The notes below the pieces were generated by a model. That model searched no databases. It saw only the letters and a program-made list of their open reading frames with translations, and had not been told where the DNA came from. A stretch of 64,000 bases of DNA, taken from a virus. Its lineage: Duplodnaviria; Caudoviricetes. Positions 17,047 through 25,260 of this stretch are shown here, in pieces. Position 1 is the first letter of the stretch. Every line of letters begins with the position of its first letter. A program made the position numbers and the translations under genes. Location: IMG/VR virus record IMGVR_UViG_2061766007_002263, one strand, 5' to 3'.

Positions 17047-19620
17047 TTACATCAAGCCAAGTGAAGCGGCAAGTGAATCCAATGTATTGTCCGTGTTATT
17101 GCCCTGATAGAAATCAGATGTCTTTCCTTCCGCAGGAACATATGTCTGGCTCTCGTCAAGCAAATCCTGTGCCTCAAGGTCTTTTGCAACCGACATAAAC
17201 ATTCTCTGAGCCTCACGGAGTGAACGCGCGTTGAGGAAAGAGTTCTTGTACGGCTTTATAGCCTCGCCATAGCGGGCTTCAAGGTCGTTGTAATAAGAAG
17301 ATATGTTGCTCTCCATGCTCTTAACATAATTATCAACGCCGTCGCCAAGGCGGTTCTTAAGATTGCTTACCTCACGGCGGAGTATACGGATTTCACGCTG
17401 AGCAGCCTCGTCAAGCTTGGTCATATCAAGCTTAGTTTCAGGCTCCGGCTGTGATTCTTTCATCTTGAATGTATCGAGAGCCGCTTTAAGAGCTTCATTC
17501 TCTTTCTTCATTTCCTCGAATTCAGCTACGTTTACGCAGCCCGCAACAAGTGATTCCTGAAGCTTTTCTTTATTGCTGGACGCGGCTTTTACGGATTCCT
17601 TGAGCTCAAGAATATCATCCCCGGCTTTATCAAGCTTCGCGTTTGCTTCTTTAAGCTGCGTTTTGAGAAGTCCGTTTGCTTTCTCAAGCTTTGCGTTACC
17701 TTCCTTATATGACTCAAGCTCCTGATTTACTTTTGCAAGATTCTCCTGAAGCTCGTATACCTTTGAGCCGGCATTCTCGTCGAGCTCGTTATACTTTTCC
17801 TCAAGTACCCTTATCTGCTCGGAAAGAGAAACAATCTTAGAGTTCTTGTCAAGGTCGAGACTGTCGTTCGTAGCCTCAGCAAGCTCAAGCTTTGCTTTCA
17901 ATGACTTATACTCATTGACAATCTGCTGGTTGCGCTTTACAACAGCCTCGCAGAGTTTCTTGTAGTCATGTACCTGCTCAACGAGAAGCTTTCCAGACTG
18001 CATGATTGACTTGGCGGACTCGTTAGCCTCGTGAAGTGAGCTTACGTTAAGCTCTTCCTTTATCTTCTGGGCTTCCATAATGTCATTGTTGAGCTTGAGG
18101 TTAAGGTCATTCATAACCTTTCCGGCGCTCTCTTCCAAATCAGTAAACTTGCAGCTCCTTACGAGGTTTACGATTTCTTTTGCTTCTGCAAGAGCAAACA
18201 GCGTATTTTCTTTTGTGAAATCCTTATTGAGGAATTCATTGATGTGCTCACGGAGAACTTTAGCTTGTTCGTCTGAAAGCTTGCTCTCAAGGAACTCGTC
18301 ATCAACTTCATCCCCGACATTATCGCCTAGAACGTCGTTAGCGGCAGTATCAATTGTTGCGTCAACGTCCTTATCTCCTACGGCAAGCGTAGCTCCCGGT
18401 TCATCCGGAAGAATGGTTTCTTTCGTATCAACCAAGGGCTCAGCCGGGAGCTCAGGCTCAACCGGAACTGGTGATTCTTCAACTACGGGCTCGTCAACTT
18501 TGACTACAGTATCGCCATTTGACTGAACTGTTACGTCTGTCTGAGGAGCGTCCTGTGTTACGGTAACAGTTGTTTCTTTCATCTTGAGGCCAAACTCTAC
18601 CATTTCCTCAATCTTTTTCTGCGCTTCCTTGAGTCTTTCCTCAACGTTGTCCTCAAGGTCTGTGAGCTGTCCTTCCTGGATAAGCTTCTGTATTTCTTTC
18701 AAATCATCAAGCTGCTTGATAGGGTTCGTGATTTCCAAGTTCTCTTTGAGATAGTTATTGATGTATTTACGGAGCTCTTTTTCCTCAATCTTTGAGAGAG
18801 CCGACTTAACGCCTGTTTCTTTCGCGTCCATTGATATGTTCTCCTGAATTTTGTTTTCTGATTTGTTCTCGACGGATTCTGAAACTACCGTCTTCTTTGT
18901 ATATTCAATATTGCCAAGGTTGGTCTCGTTGTTTATAACGCCATAAACCGACTGTGACGGATTCAATACAACGTCCGCCAGACGCTCAATCTGGTATGTA
19001 TCCGGATTAACCGTCTCGCCGTCGTCCATGAGCTCACCGAATCCGGAAGAGCTGAATCCTACACGTCCACCAGCGTCAATGATTTCCTGCGCGAGATGAC
19101 CATACGTGCCAACAAATGTTCCGATTCCATAGACAAGATTGTTTTTATAGTCAATATCCATTCCAAGCCAGACTATGCTGCTGTTCTTGAAACTTCCTGG
19201 GTCTGAATCATCCGTAGGGTGATCCGCTAAACCACACAGACCCTTCCAACTGTCTTCCTGATTGTTCATTACGTTTTCCCACAGTTTCGCGGTATATCGT
19301 CTGTGGTTTCCGTTCAACGTTCCTGGTGGGTTAATACGCGCTACAGGCAATCTATAAATCCTGTGCTTGTTTACGTCCACCCCGCCCTCTTTCAGCTTAT
19401 TTATTACTTTCTGGACAATCAAATCGTCCACCTGAGCCTCACGAAGAACTTTAAGAACTTGATTCACACGAAGCGACTCAAGCATCTTCGATTTGCCTTT
19501 GGACGAATTAAGCTCGGTAATCCGGGCGTTCATGGACTCCTTGATAGCCGCAGGCGCGGAATCCGTAATGTCCCTGTAATAGCTGTTGGGCATTGTAAGT
19601 GTTTCTCTTAAATGCAACAT
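17047..19620 (-). CDS. prohead core protease (T4 gp21-like) fused to coiled-coil scaffold
   Basis: NGNHRRY, GLADHP, GFSSSGFG, DVVLNPS motifs then about 600 aa mostly coiled coil; GGAG RBS before ATG 19620. Confidence 0.85.
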   Translation of the reverse strand: MLHLRETLTMPNSYYRDITDSAPAAIKESMNARITELNSSKGKSKMLESLRVNQVLKVLREAQVDDLIVQKVINKLKEGGVDVNKHRIYRLPVARINPPGTLNGNHRRYTAKLWENVMNNQEDSWKGLCGLADHPTDDSDPGSFKNSSIVWLGMDIDYKNNLVYGIGTFVGTYGHLAQEIIDAGGRVGFSSSGFGELMDDGETVNPDTYQIERLADVVLNPSQSVYGVINNETNLGNIEYTKKTVVSESVENKSENKIQENISMDAKETGVKSALSKIEEKELRKYINNYLKENLEITNPIKQLDDLKEIQKLIQEGQLTDLEDNVEERLKEAQKKIEEMVEFGLKMKETTVTVTQDAPQTDVTVQSNGDTVVKVDEPVVEESPVPVEPELPAEPLVDTKETILPDEPGATLAVGDKDVDATIDTAANDVLGDNVGDEVDDEFLESKLSDEQAKVLREHINEFLNKDFTKENTLFALAEAKEIVNLVRSCKFTDLEESAGKVMNDLNLKLNNDIMEAQKIKEELNVSSLHEANESAKSIMQSGKLLVEQVHDYKKLCEAVVKRNQQIVNEYKSLKAKLELAEATNDSLDLDKNSKIVSLSEQIRVLEEKYNELDENAGSKVYELQENLAKVNQELESYKEGNAKLEKANGLLKTQLKEANAKLDKAGDDILELKESVKAASSNKEKLQESLVAGCVNVAEFEEMKKENEALKAALDTFKMKESQPEPETKLDMTKLDEAAQREIRILRREVSNLKNRLGDGVDNYVKSMESNISSYYNDLEARYGEAIKPYKNSFLNARSLREAQRMFMSVAKDLEAQDLLDESQTYVPAEGKTSDFYQGNNTDNTLDSLAASLGLM

Positions 19621-19786
19621 TCTTTTTACTCCATATATCTGGCATTTTAGCCACACGAGGTTTTTAATGCGTATTTTCCGGATAAAAAGACATCTATCCC
19701 CTTGTCCAAAAACTACATACTATAATTAGTTAGTGGTAATTCAATTCAAAACTTTAATATCTAAAGATATAAAGGAGAAAAATCTT

Positions 19787-21256
19787 TTGAAATGTCTCGC
19801 ATGCGGTAAAGATTGTAAAAACAAGTTTTGTCATACATGTATGATAATCAAATCAAAAAAGCATTTCTCAGACGACGAGCTTATACAGTTCAAAAAGCTC
19901 AAAGAATCAAAGATATCAAGCGTAAACGAGCTCAACAACAAGCTTTTTCAAAAGAATACCGTAATAAAGTTCAATTGCATAAAATGTGGCAAAGAATATT
20001 CCGGTCTATATCGTAACATGAAAAACAAAACTGAGCTTCTGTGTGCGCAGTGCGAGCTTGAGAAAGCCAACATGAACAAATATGGCGTGAAAAATGTTTT
20101 TCAGACTGAATCATGCAAATCAAAGATACGCGAGTCAGTAAAAAACAAATACGGAGTCGAGTGTTACCTGCAAACAGACGAAGCAAGAAAAGCAAGGAAA
20201 CGAGTCGATATAGACCACATGAAAGAACGCACCGACAATACGCTCAATCAATACTGCTCCAAGATAGAATATGACGAAACATACAATGTACGTATCAAAG
20301 ACGACTCAGGCATGCTGCATTATCAGAAAATAAACTGCACGTGCGCGTCTTGTGGAAAACAATATATTACGAATGTAAGGGTTCTACAAAGATGCCCTGC
20401 TTGTTTCCCTGAAGATTGGATGAACGGTACGTCCAAACTTGAAAAGTTTATCTACGAATACATATCCGGCATAAGCCCATACCCCGTAATACATAACGCA
20501 TTCGATGTATTGAAAAACAAAGAGCTCGACATCTACATACCGGACATTAACCTCGCATTTGAAGTTGACGGAGATTACTGGCATGGATGCAAATCAACCG
20601 ACAAACAAGTTTTCAACGATATAAAGAATCATTCCGGCGACAAGCAGAAAGAATGCTATAAGAAAGGCATCCGGCTCATAACAATAAAGGAGTGTGATTT
20701 CAGGAACCGACCCGAAGTATTCAAAAGGTTTATAAATGATTTGGTGCTGCCACGAAGAAAAATATACGCGAGGCAATGCAGCATTTACCAGATTGATACA
20801 AAAACCGCAAGGGATTTCTGCGAATATTACCATGTGAACGGCTACAGACAAGGTTCTGAAAAGTATGGATTATTCTATAACAATGAGCTGATATGCGTCG
20901 CCGTATTCGGAAAACATCCTAAGCACCAATACGAATGCATGCGATTATGCTACAAGACCGGCTACGACATAACCGGCGGATGGGCTAAAATTGTCAAGCA
21001 TTTTGGAAAACCTTTCATACACTACGTGAACCTTATGTATTTCATGGGCGAAGACAAAACAGGCATAGGGTACAGATTTAGTAAAGGCGACAGGACTCTA
21101 TCCAGGAACACATTACAAAAGCATACACAGCTTTATAAGTATTGCAAGGACATAAACCCGGATTTCTCGGACGTACAGAACTGCATTCATAACGGTTTCC
21201 TCGCTATATTCGACTGTGGAAACGACATAAGATTCTATAACCAGAGCAAGAATTAA
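19787..21256 (+). CDS. Hef-like free-standing homing endonuclease (Zn ribbons, KYGV repeats, PD-(D/E)XK-type nuclease)
   Basis: CxxC pairs, KYGVKNVFQ, ELDIYIP...FEVDGDYWH, RKIYARQC domain; AAGGAG RBS before TTG 19787. Confidence 0.7.
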   Translation: MKCLACGKDCKNKFCHTCMIIKSKKHFSDDELIQFKKLKESKISSVNELNNKLFQKNTVIKFNCIKCGKEYSGLYRNMKNKTELLCAQCELEKANMNKYGVKNVFQTESCKSKIRESVKNKYGVECYLQTDEARKARKRVDIDHMKERTDNTLNQYCSKIEYDETYNVRIKDDSGMLHYQKINCTCASCGKQYITNVRVLQRCPACFPEDWMNGTSKLEKFIYEYISGISPYPVIHNAFDVLKNKELDIYIPDINLAFEVDGDYWHGCKSTDKQVFNDIKNHSGDKQKECYKKGIRLITIKECDFRNRPEVFKRFINDLVLPRRKIYARQCSIYQIDTKTARDFCEYYHVNGYRQGSEKYGLFYNNELICVAVFGKHPKHQYECMRLCYKTGYDITGGWAKIVKHFGKPFIHYVNLMYFMGEDKTGIGYRFSKGDRTLSRNTLQKHTQLYKYCKDINPDFSDVQNCIHNGFLAIFDCGNDIRFYNQSKN

Positions 21257-21285
21257 AAACGCCGTCCTTTTCTTAGACGGCGTTT
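21257..21285. terminator. bidirectional terminator
   Basis: AAACGCCGTC/GACGGCGTTT between convergent genes. Confidence 0.7.
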
Positions 21286-21291
21286 CAGTCA

Positions 21292-22032
21292 TTAATACCT
21301 TGCTGACATGTAAAAGTTCTTAGGGTTCATTTCGTCAGGAATGTTGTACACATAAAAATATGTACCATTATTAAGCTCTGTATTTACCGCGGACACTAAG
21401 CCGTCTTCGGAGCCGTCTGAAAAGAACGGCTGACGGCTTATACATATCTGCCGGAACTCTTGTGTAACAGTAAAGAACGGTTCATTTGACTGATATGCCA
21501 CAAGCTTGCTTTCTTTATCGTCGTCAAGATATCTCAATATCATTTTTCCGTCAGCTTCCATTTCGTTGTTGTATATACGGAAAATTACAACGTCGTTTTC
21601 CAGAACGCCGCGTTTCTCAAAATAGTTCTTGGTACGGTCACGTCTATTGTCCGGGTTCGCTTTGTCCGGATTATGCTCATTCGACTCCAGATAAAACCCA
21701 AGATTTGTCAGAATCTGTCTTTCTTGACCCGTTTGCGGGCGATAAACGCGATGCGTCGCCGTATACTGAGGAATAAGCGTAAGTTTGTCTGTGTTGAATG
21801 TAAACCGATATGGAGCTTCTGTTTTTCTTGGGAAATCAAGCCTCAACGAAAGGTTATATTCATGTTTTTCAAAAGTATCATGGCCATTTACAATCTCCGA
21901 AGAAAACTCCAAATTCTCAAGCTGCTCAAAAAACATATGCCTTATCTTGGTATTAGTCGTAATGTCATTCTCGTCGAATTTTTTCTGGGAAATTTCGGAG
22001 TGCCGCTCCACCCATTCTGAAAGTTTGCTCAT
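21292..22032 (-). CDS. hypothetical protein (possibly structural)
   Basis: 246 aa, GGAGG RBS. Confidence 0.7.
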   Translation of the reverse strand: MSKLSEWVERHSEISQKKFDENDITTNTKIRHMFFEQLENLEFSSEIVNGHDTFEKHEYNLSLRLDFPRKTEAPYRFTFNTDKLTLIPQYTATHRVYRPQTGQERQILTNLGFYLESNEHNPDKANPDNRRDRTKNYFEKRGVLENDVVIFRIYNNEMEADGKMILRYLDDDKESKLVAYQSNEPFFTVTQEFRQICISRQPFFSDGSEDGLVSAVNTELNNGTYFYVYNIPDEMNPKNFYMSARY

Positions 22033-22036
22033 TTAT

Positions 22037-22237
22037 TTATTTTTCCTCCTGCCAATCCTTTGCCGCGAAATCAACCAACGTAAGCTTTCTACGGGACCAT
22101 TCGAATTTCTCATTGTCCCAATAGTCAAACTCCGAGAAACCTTTCCCGGTATCCACAAGGGAAATGTAATCCCGTTTTGCCCATGACGCGCGGCGGATTT
22201 TAGTTTTTTTAGCTTTGACCAGTTCAAAAAATGTCAT
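22037..22237 (-). CDS. DUF2829/Tad2-like small protein
   Basis: MxF...K.KIRRASW...DFAAKDW pattern, 66 aa. Confidence 0.55.
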   Translation of the reverse strand: MTFFELVKAKKTKIRRASWAKRDYISLVDTGKGFSEFDYWDNEKFEWSRRKLTLVDFAAKDWQEEK

Positions 22238-22357
22238 ACAGACAATTAGCGGTTAAACAAACTTTTCAGAATATCATTTAATATGAATTTCGAAAGAAAC
22301 GCATCCGGAGCGTTCCGTTCAAAAATAATTTTTCCGGAAAAAGAGGTGATTTACACA

Positions 22358-22534
22358 ATGGTTACGGTACAAGTCGAAAATGACAACATTGAGCTCGCAT
22401 TGCGCAAGTTCAAAAAGGCTATCGAAAAAGAATGCGTCCTTGATGAATACAAGAAACGCAGATACTTCGTCAAGCCTTCCACTATTCGACATCAGAAAAA
22501 AGTTGCCGCAAAACGTCAGCTCCACAAGAAGTAA
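22358..22534 (+). CDS. rpsU: 30S ribosomal protein bS21 (phage-encoded)
   Basis: VENDNIELALRKFKKAIEKECVLDEYKKRRYFVKPS; GAGGTG RBS before ATG 22358. Confidence 0.9.
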   Translation: MVTVQVENDNIELALRKFKKAIEKECVLDEYKKRRYFVKPSTIRHQKKVAAKRQLHKK

Positions 22535-22558
22535 AAGACTCCGAGCTGGCAAAAAAAG

Positions 22559-22584
22559 AACCCGGATTATTATATCCGGGTTTT
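22559..22584. terminator. bidirectional terminator
   Basis: AACCCGGAT/ATCCGGGTT stem with flanking A/T tracts. Confidence 0.7.
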
Positions 22585-22646
22585 CGTGTTTTAAAATAAA
22601 TATTTTTAAACATTACCATGAATGTTTTTTAAATACCCTATGTATA

Positions 22647-23069
22647 CTACTTTATTCTTTCACGGACTTCACGCAAGTCATCCTTAACATGCTCCATATC
22701 CGTCTTTACCGAAGCCATGTCCGTTCTCAGAACATTGACTGAATTGTTAACTTCGTCGATTTTGTCAAGACGAAGATTAAACTTCTCGATAGCTTCCTTC
22801 AAATTCTCTTCTTGTTTAAGATAATTTGCTTTGCTAATCTGCTTTTCTTCATCCAATTCTTTCTCCAGACGCTCAACTTTCGTATCTACATCTTTCTGAA
22901 GATTGTCCGCTTTCTCGTCCAAGTCGCTTTTAAGATTGATGAGCTTTTCGTCGTGCGAATCCAATCTGGACTTAATGCGCTCTTTGAATGTTACGATACC
23001 GGCAATAAAGCCGATAATCATAAACACCAAAGAAACAAGCCCCAATAAATTGTTCAAAAACCATTCCAT
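22647..23069 (-). CDS. membrane protein, single N-terminal TM plus coiled coil (holin-like candidate)
   Basis: Hydrophobic residues 4-28, then heptad-rich; late motif upstream. Confidence 0.6.
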   Translation of the reverse strand: MEWFLNNLLGLVSLVFMIIGFIAGIVTFKERIKSRLDSHDEKLINLKSDLDEKADNLQKDVDTKVERLEKELDEEKQISKANYLKQEENLKEAIEKFNLRLDKIDEVNNSVNVLRTDMASVKTDMEHVKDDLREVRERIK

Positions 23070-23207
23070 AGTAATGTGTCCCTTAATAGATTAAGTGTAA
23101 TCATGATTCAAGGAATAAGACCCAGCACAACAAAATGCTGATATCCGATTTTGCCTCTCTCCTATCGTCATTTAATTAGTGGTAACTTGATTTTAATTTT
23201 AAATTCT

Positions 23208-24674
23208 CTACTGATTGGACAGGCACTTCCTGACTATCATCAAGTCCTTGTCATTAGCCCTGACAAACTGTATGCCCTTGTTCATCTGCGCATCGCTGAC
23301 CTCGCCCTCTCCGGCATTGGCTATTTTTTTGGTATACAGCTCCTTAGTCCTCGTACCTTTAGAATCCTCACTGTCAAGCTCCTGCAGAATTATCTCTATC
23401 TCCTCACGGTCGTCCTCTATCTGCTTCTGGTACTTGTTTATTTTCTTGGTATCAGACTCCATGGCTATCTTTCTCTCAAGCTCGTCTATCTCGTCCTCAA
23501 GTTTCTGTATCTTCTTGTCATGCTTGTATACGTCATAACCAGATACGCCTTTGATTTTACGATAATTCGGGTCCTCATACTTACGCGCGTCGTACCTCGT
23601 GTCATCGGATTCCATACCAAGTACATCCGGAATAAAATGTCCGGCATTATATACTTTCTCCAAATCATTGTCCAGTTTGGTACGGTTAAATACATGACTC
23701 AAAGTGTCCACGGTATTTTTCCAATCCTCATCATCACCATTCGCGTTCTTGTTAAGATAATCCACGAACTGTCCGGCGGACGTATCTTTCCAATAGTCTA
23801 TGTCGCTCGACTGCTTGTTAAGCCTTGTGTGTTTATAAGTGTCATGGTCAAAATGTTTGTTCAAGCCCCGTACAGTAGTGCTGAAGGACTTCTTGGATTT
23901 CACGTTCTCAAGCTCCGTATTCAATACGCTGCTGTTGGCGGCACATGTTGCTACCATGAAACCAAGGTATTTCTCGAATTCGTCTTTAGGATGAAACGAG
24001 CTGTTCGGCTTGATTACTTCCGACTCATTACGGAATTTTTCCGCTTCCTTGGTCAGCGCGTTCATTACCGGCAGGGTCTTGAGCTCATACTGCATGTATA
24101 TACCGTTGGCATAGACTACGTTGGAGCTCCTTATTTTTTGATATCCTGTTCCGGTTATCATGTCTACCGGCGTAAAAAGTCGGTTCCCTTTATTCGCCTC
24201 TATGAGGTTCTTGAGCTTATGCCATGAACCAACATGGTCATAGAAATCCTGTCCAACCTCGTCTGATTTGAGCTTATAGAAATCTTTTATAACGTCTATT
24301 CCGGCAATGTTGTTTCCAAGCCCGGAATTGACATAATCACGTGTCATCTTGGAGAAAATTGTGCATTGTATAGTGTCTTTGATAAACGACGGAAGGACTT
24401 TCAGGTTCCTATATGCATTACGATGAAGGTTGTAATCGTCCAGGGCTTGTTTGTAATAGTCAATCATACTTTTGGACAAGCCCTTGCATGTATTGTCGAA
24501 CACAAGGAACGGAAACGGGTCAAAAACGAAATAGGTATTAAGCCCGATGTACGAGCTGTCCGTTCCTATGGTTTTCGTATCTTCCTGAAACAAATCTCCG
24601 ACTATATTATCCATGGTAGATTCCATCTCAGTCTCCACCAACATATTCCTCAAATATTCCTCAAGCTCATTCAT
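23208..24674 (-). CDS. hypothetical late protein (start revised to MNELEE)
   Basis: AGGAG RBS, overlaps upstream stop; LVE-T and EME-S motifs near N-terminus. Confidence 0.7.
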   Translation of the reverse strand: MNELEEYLRNMLVETEMESTMDNIVGDLFQEDTKTIGTDSSYIGLNTYFVFDPFPFLVFDNTCKGLSKSMIDYYKQALDDYNLHRNAYRNLKVLPSFIKDTIQCTIFSKMTRDYVNSGLGNNIAGIDVIKDFYKLKSDEVGQDFYDHVGSWHKLKNLIEANKGNRLFTPVDMITGTGYQKIRSSNVVYANGIYMQYELKTLPVMNALTKEAEKFRNESEVIKPNSSFHPKDEFEKYLGFMVATCAANSSVLNTELENVKSKKSFSTTVRGLNKHFDHDTYKHTRLNKQSSDIDYWKDTSAGQFVDYLNKNANGDDEDWKNTVDTLSHVFNRTKLDNDLEKVYNAGHFIPDVLGMESDDTRYDARKYEDPNYRKIKGVSGYDVYKHDKKIQKLEDEIDELERKIAMESDTKKINKYQKQIEDDREEIEIILQELDSEDSKGTRTKELYTKKIANAGEGEVSDAQMNKGIQFVRANDKDLMIVRKCLSNQ

Positions 24675-25260
24675 TACTGTCATTCTCCTGTTTGAACGCG
24701 ACATCCAGTTTCTGAGCGAGCTTAGGTATATAAAGCTCCATATCACCGGCTATCTGCGCCAAATGCTTTGTAAGATGTATGTTCTTATTAGTTAGTCCTC
24801 CAGAGCTCATATGCCTGTCATTCCATATTCCGTTACCCTTGGGTCCGGGAAACTTGAATATACTCAGGTCATTCAAATCCAAACCTTCCCAGCACCCCTG
24901 CATTGAAAAAGAAGGGTCGCTGGAATATAACCTTACATTGCATTTATAAATTACATTACGGAGCATTTCCTCAACTTTGGAATATTTCGCTTTCTTGGGG
25001 TCTTCGGTAAAATACTTGTCCACGTCATACCATCTGAAAACTATGTCGTATGTGCCCCCACCATCCGTAGCATCGGCTTTGAACCATGCCTCATAGTATT
25101 TTTCGCCTACGTTATAAAAGCTCGACTGCACATCAACCTTGCTGTCGCCGTAATGTTTCCTGTAATCCAAAAAACTTTGAGTGGCATTAGAGACGCCGGT
25201 TTTCAAAAGCTCATTAATCGTTGTTTCCATAAGAAGAGATAACATTATGGTCTTCCTCAT
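24667..25260 (-). CDS. hypothetical protein next to portal
   Basis: 197 aa; start may be at 25245 or 25230. Confidence 0.7.
   Translation of the reverse strand: MRKTIMLSLLMETTINELLKTGVSNATQSFLDYRKHYGDSKVDVQSSFYNVGEKYYEAWFKADATDGGGTYDIVFRWYDVDKYFTEDPKKAKYSKVEEMLRNVIYKCNVRLYSSDPSFSMQGCWEGLDLNDLSIFKFPGPKGNGIWNDRHMSSGGLTNKNIHLTKHLAQIAGDMELYIPKLAQKLDVAFKQENDSNE

Noticed and set aside
23091-23171. 26-codon leaderless ORF after the late motif at 23173
   Set aside because: ATG is too close to the motif and there is no other support; more likely the 5' leader of the membrane-protein gene
23151-24227. 358-aa plus-strand ORF and other long antisense ORFs (16041-16676, 42107-42694, 54869-55642)
   Set aside because: Shadows of real genes on the opposite strand; no RBS, implausible composition
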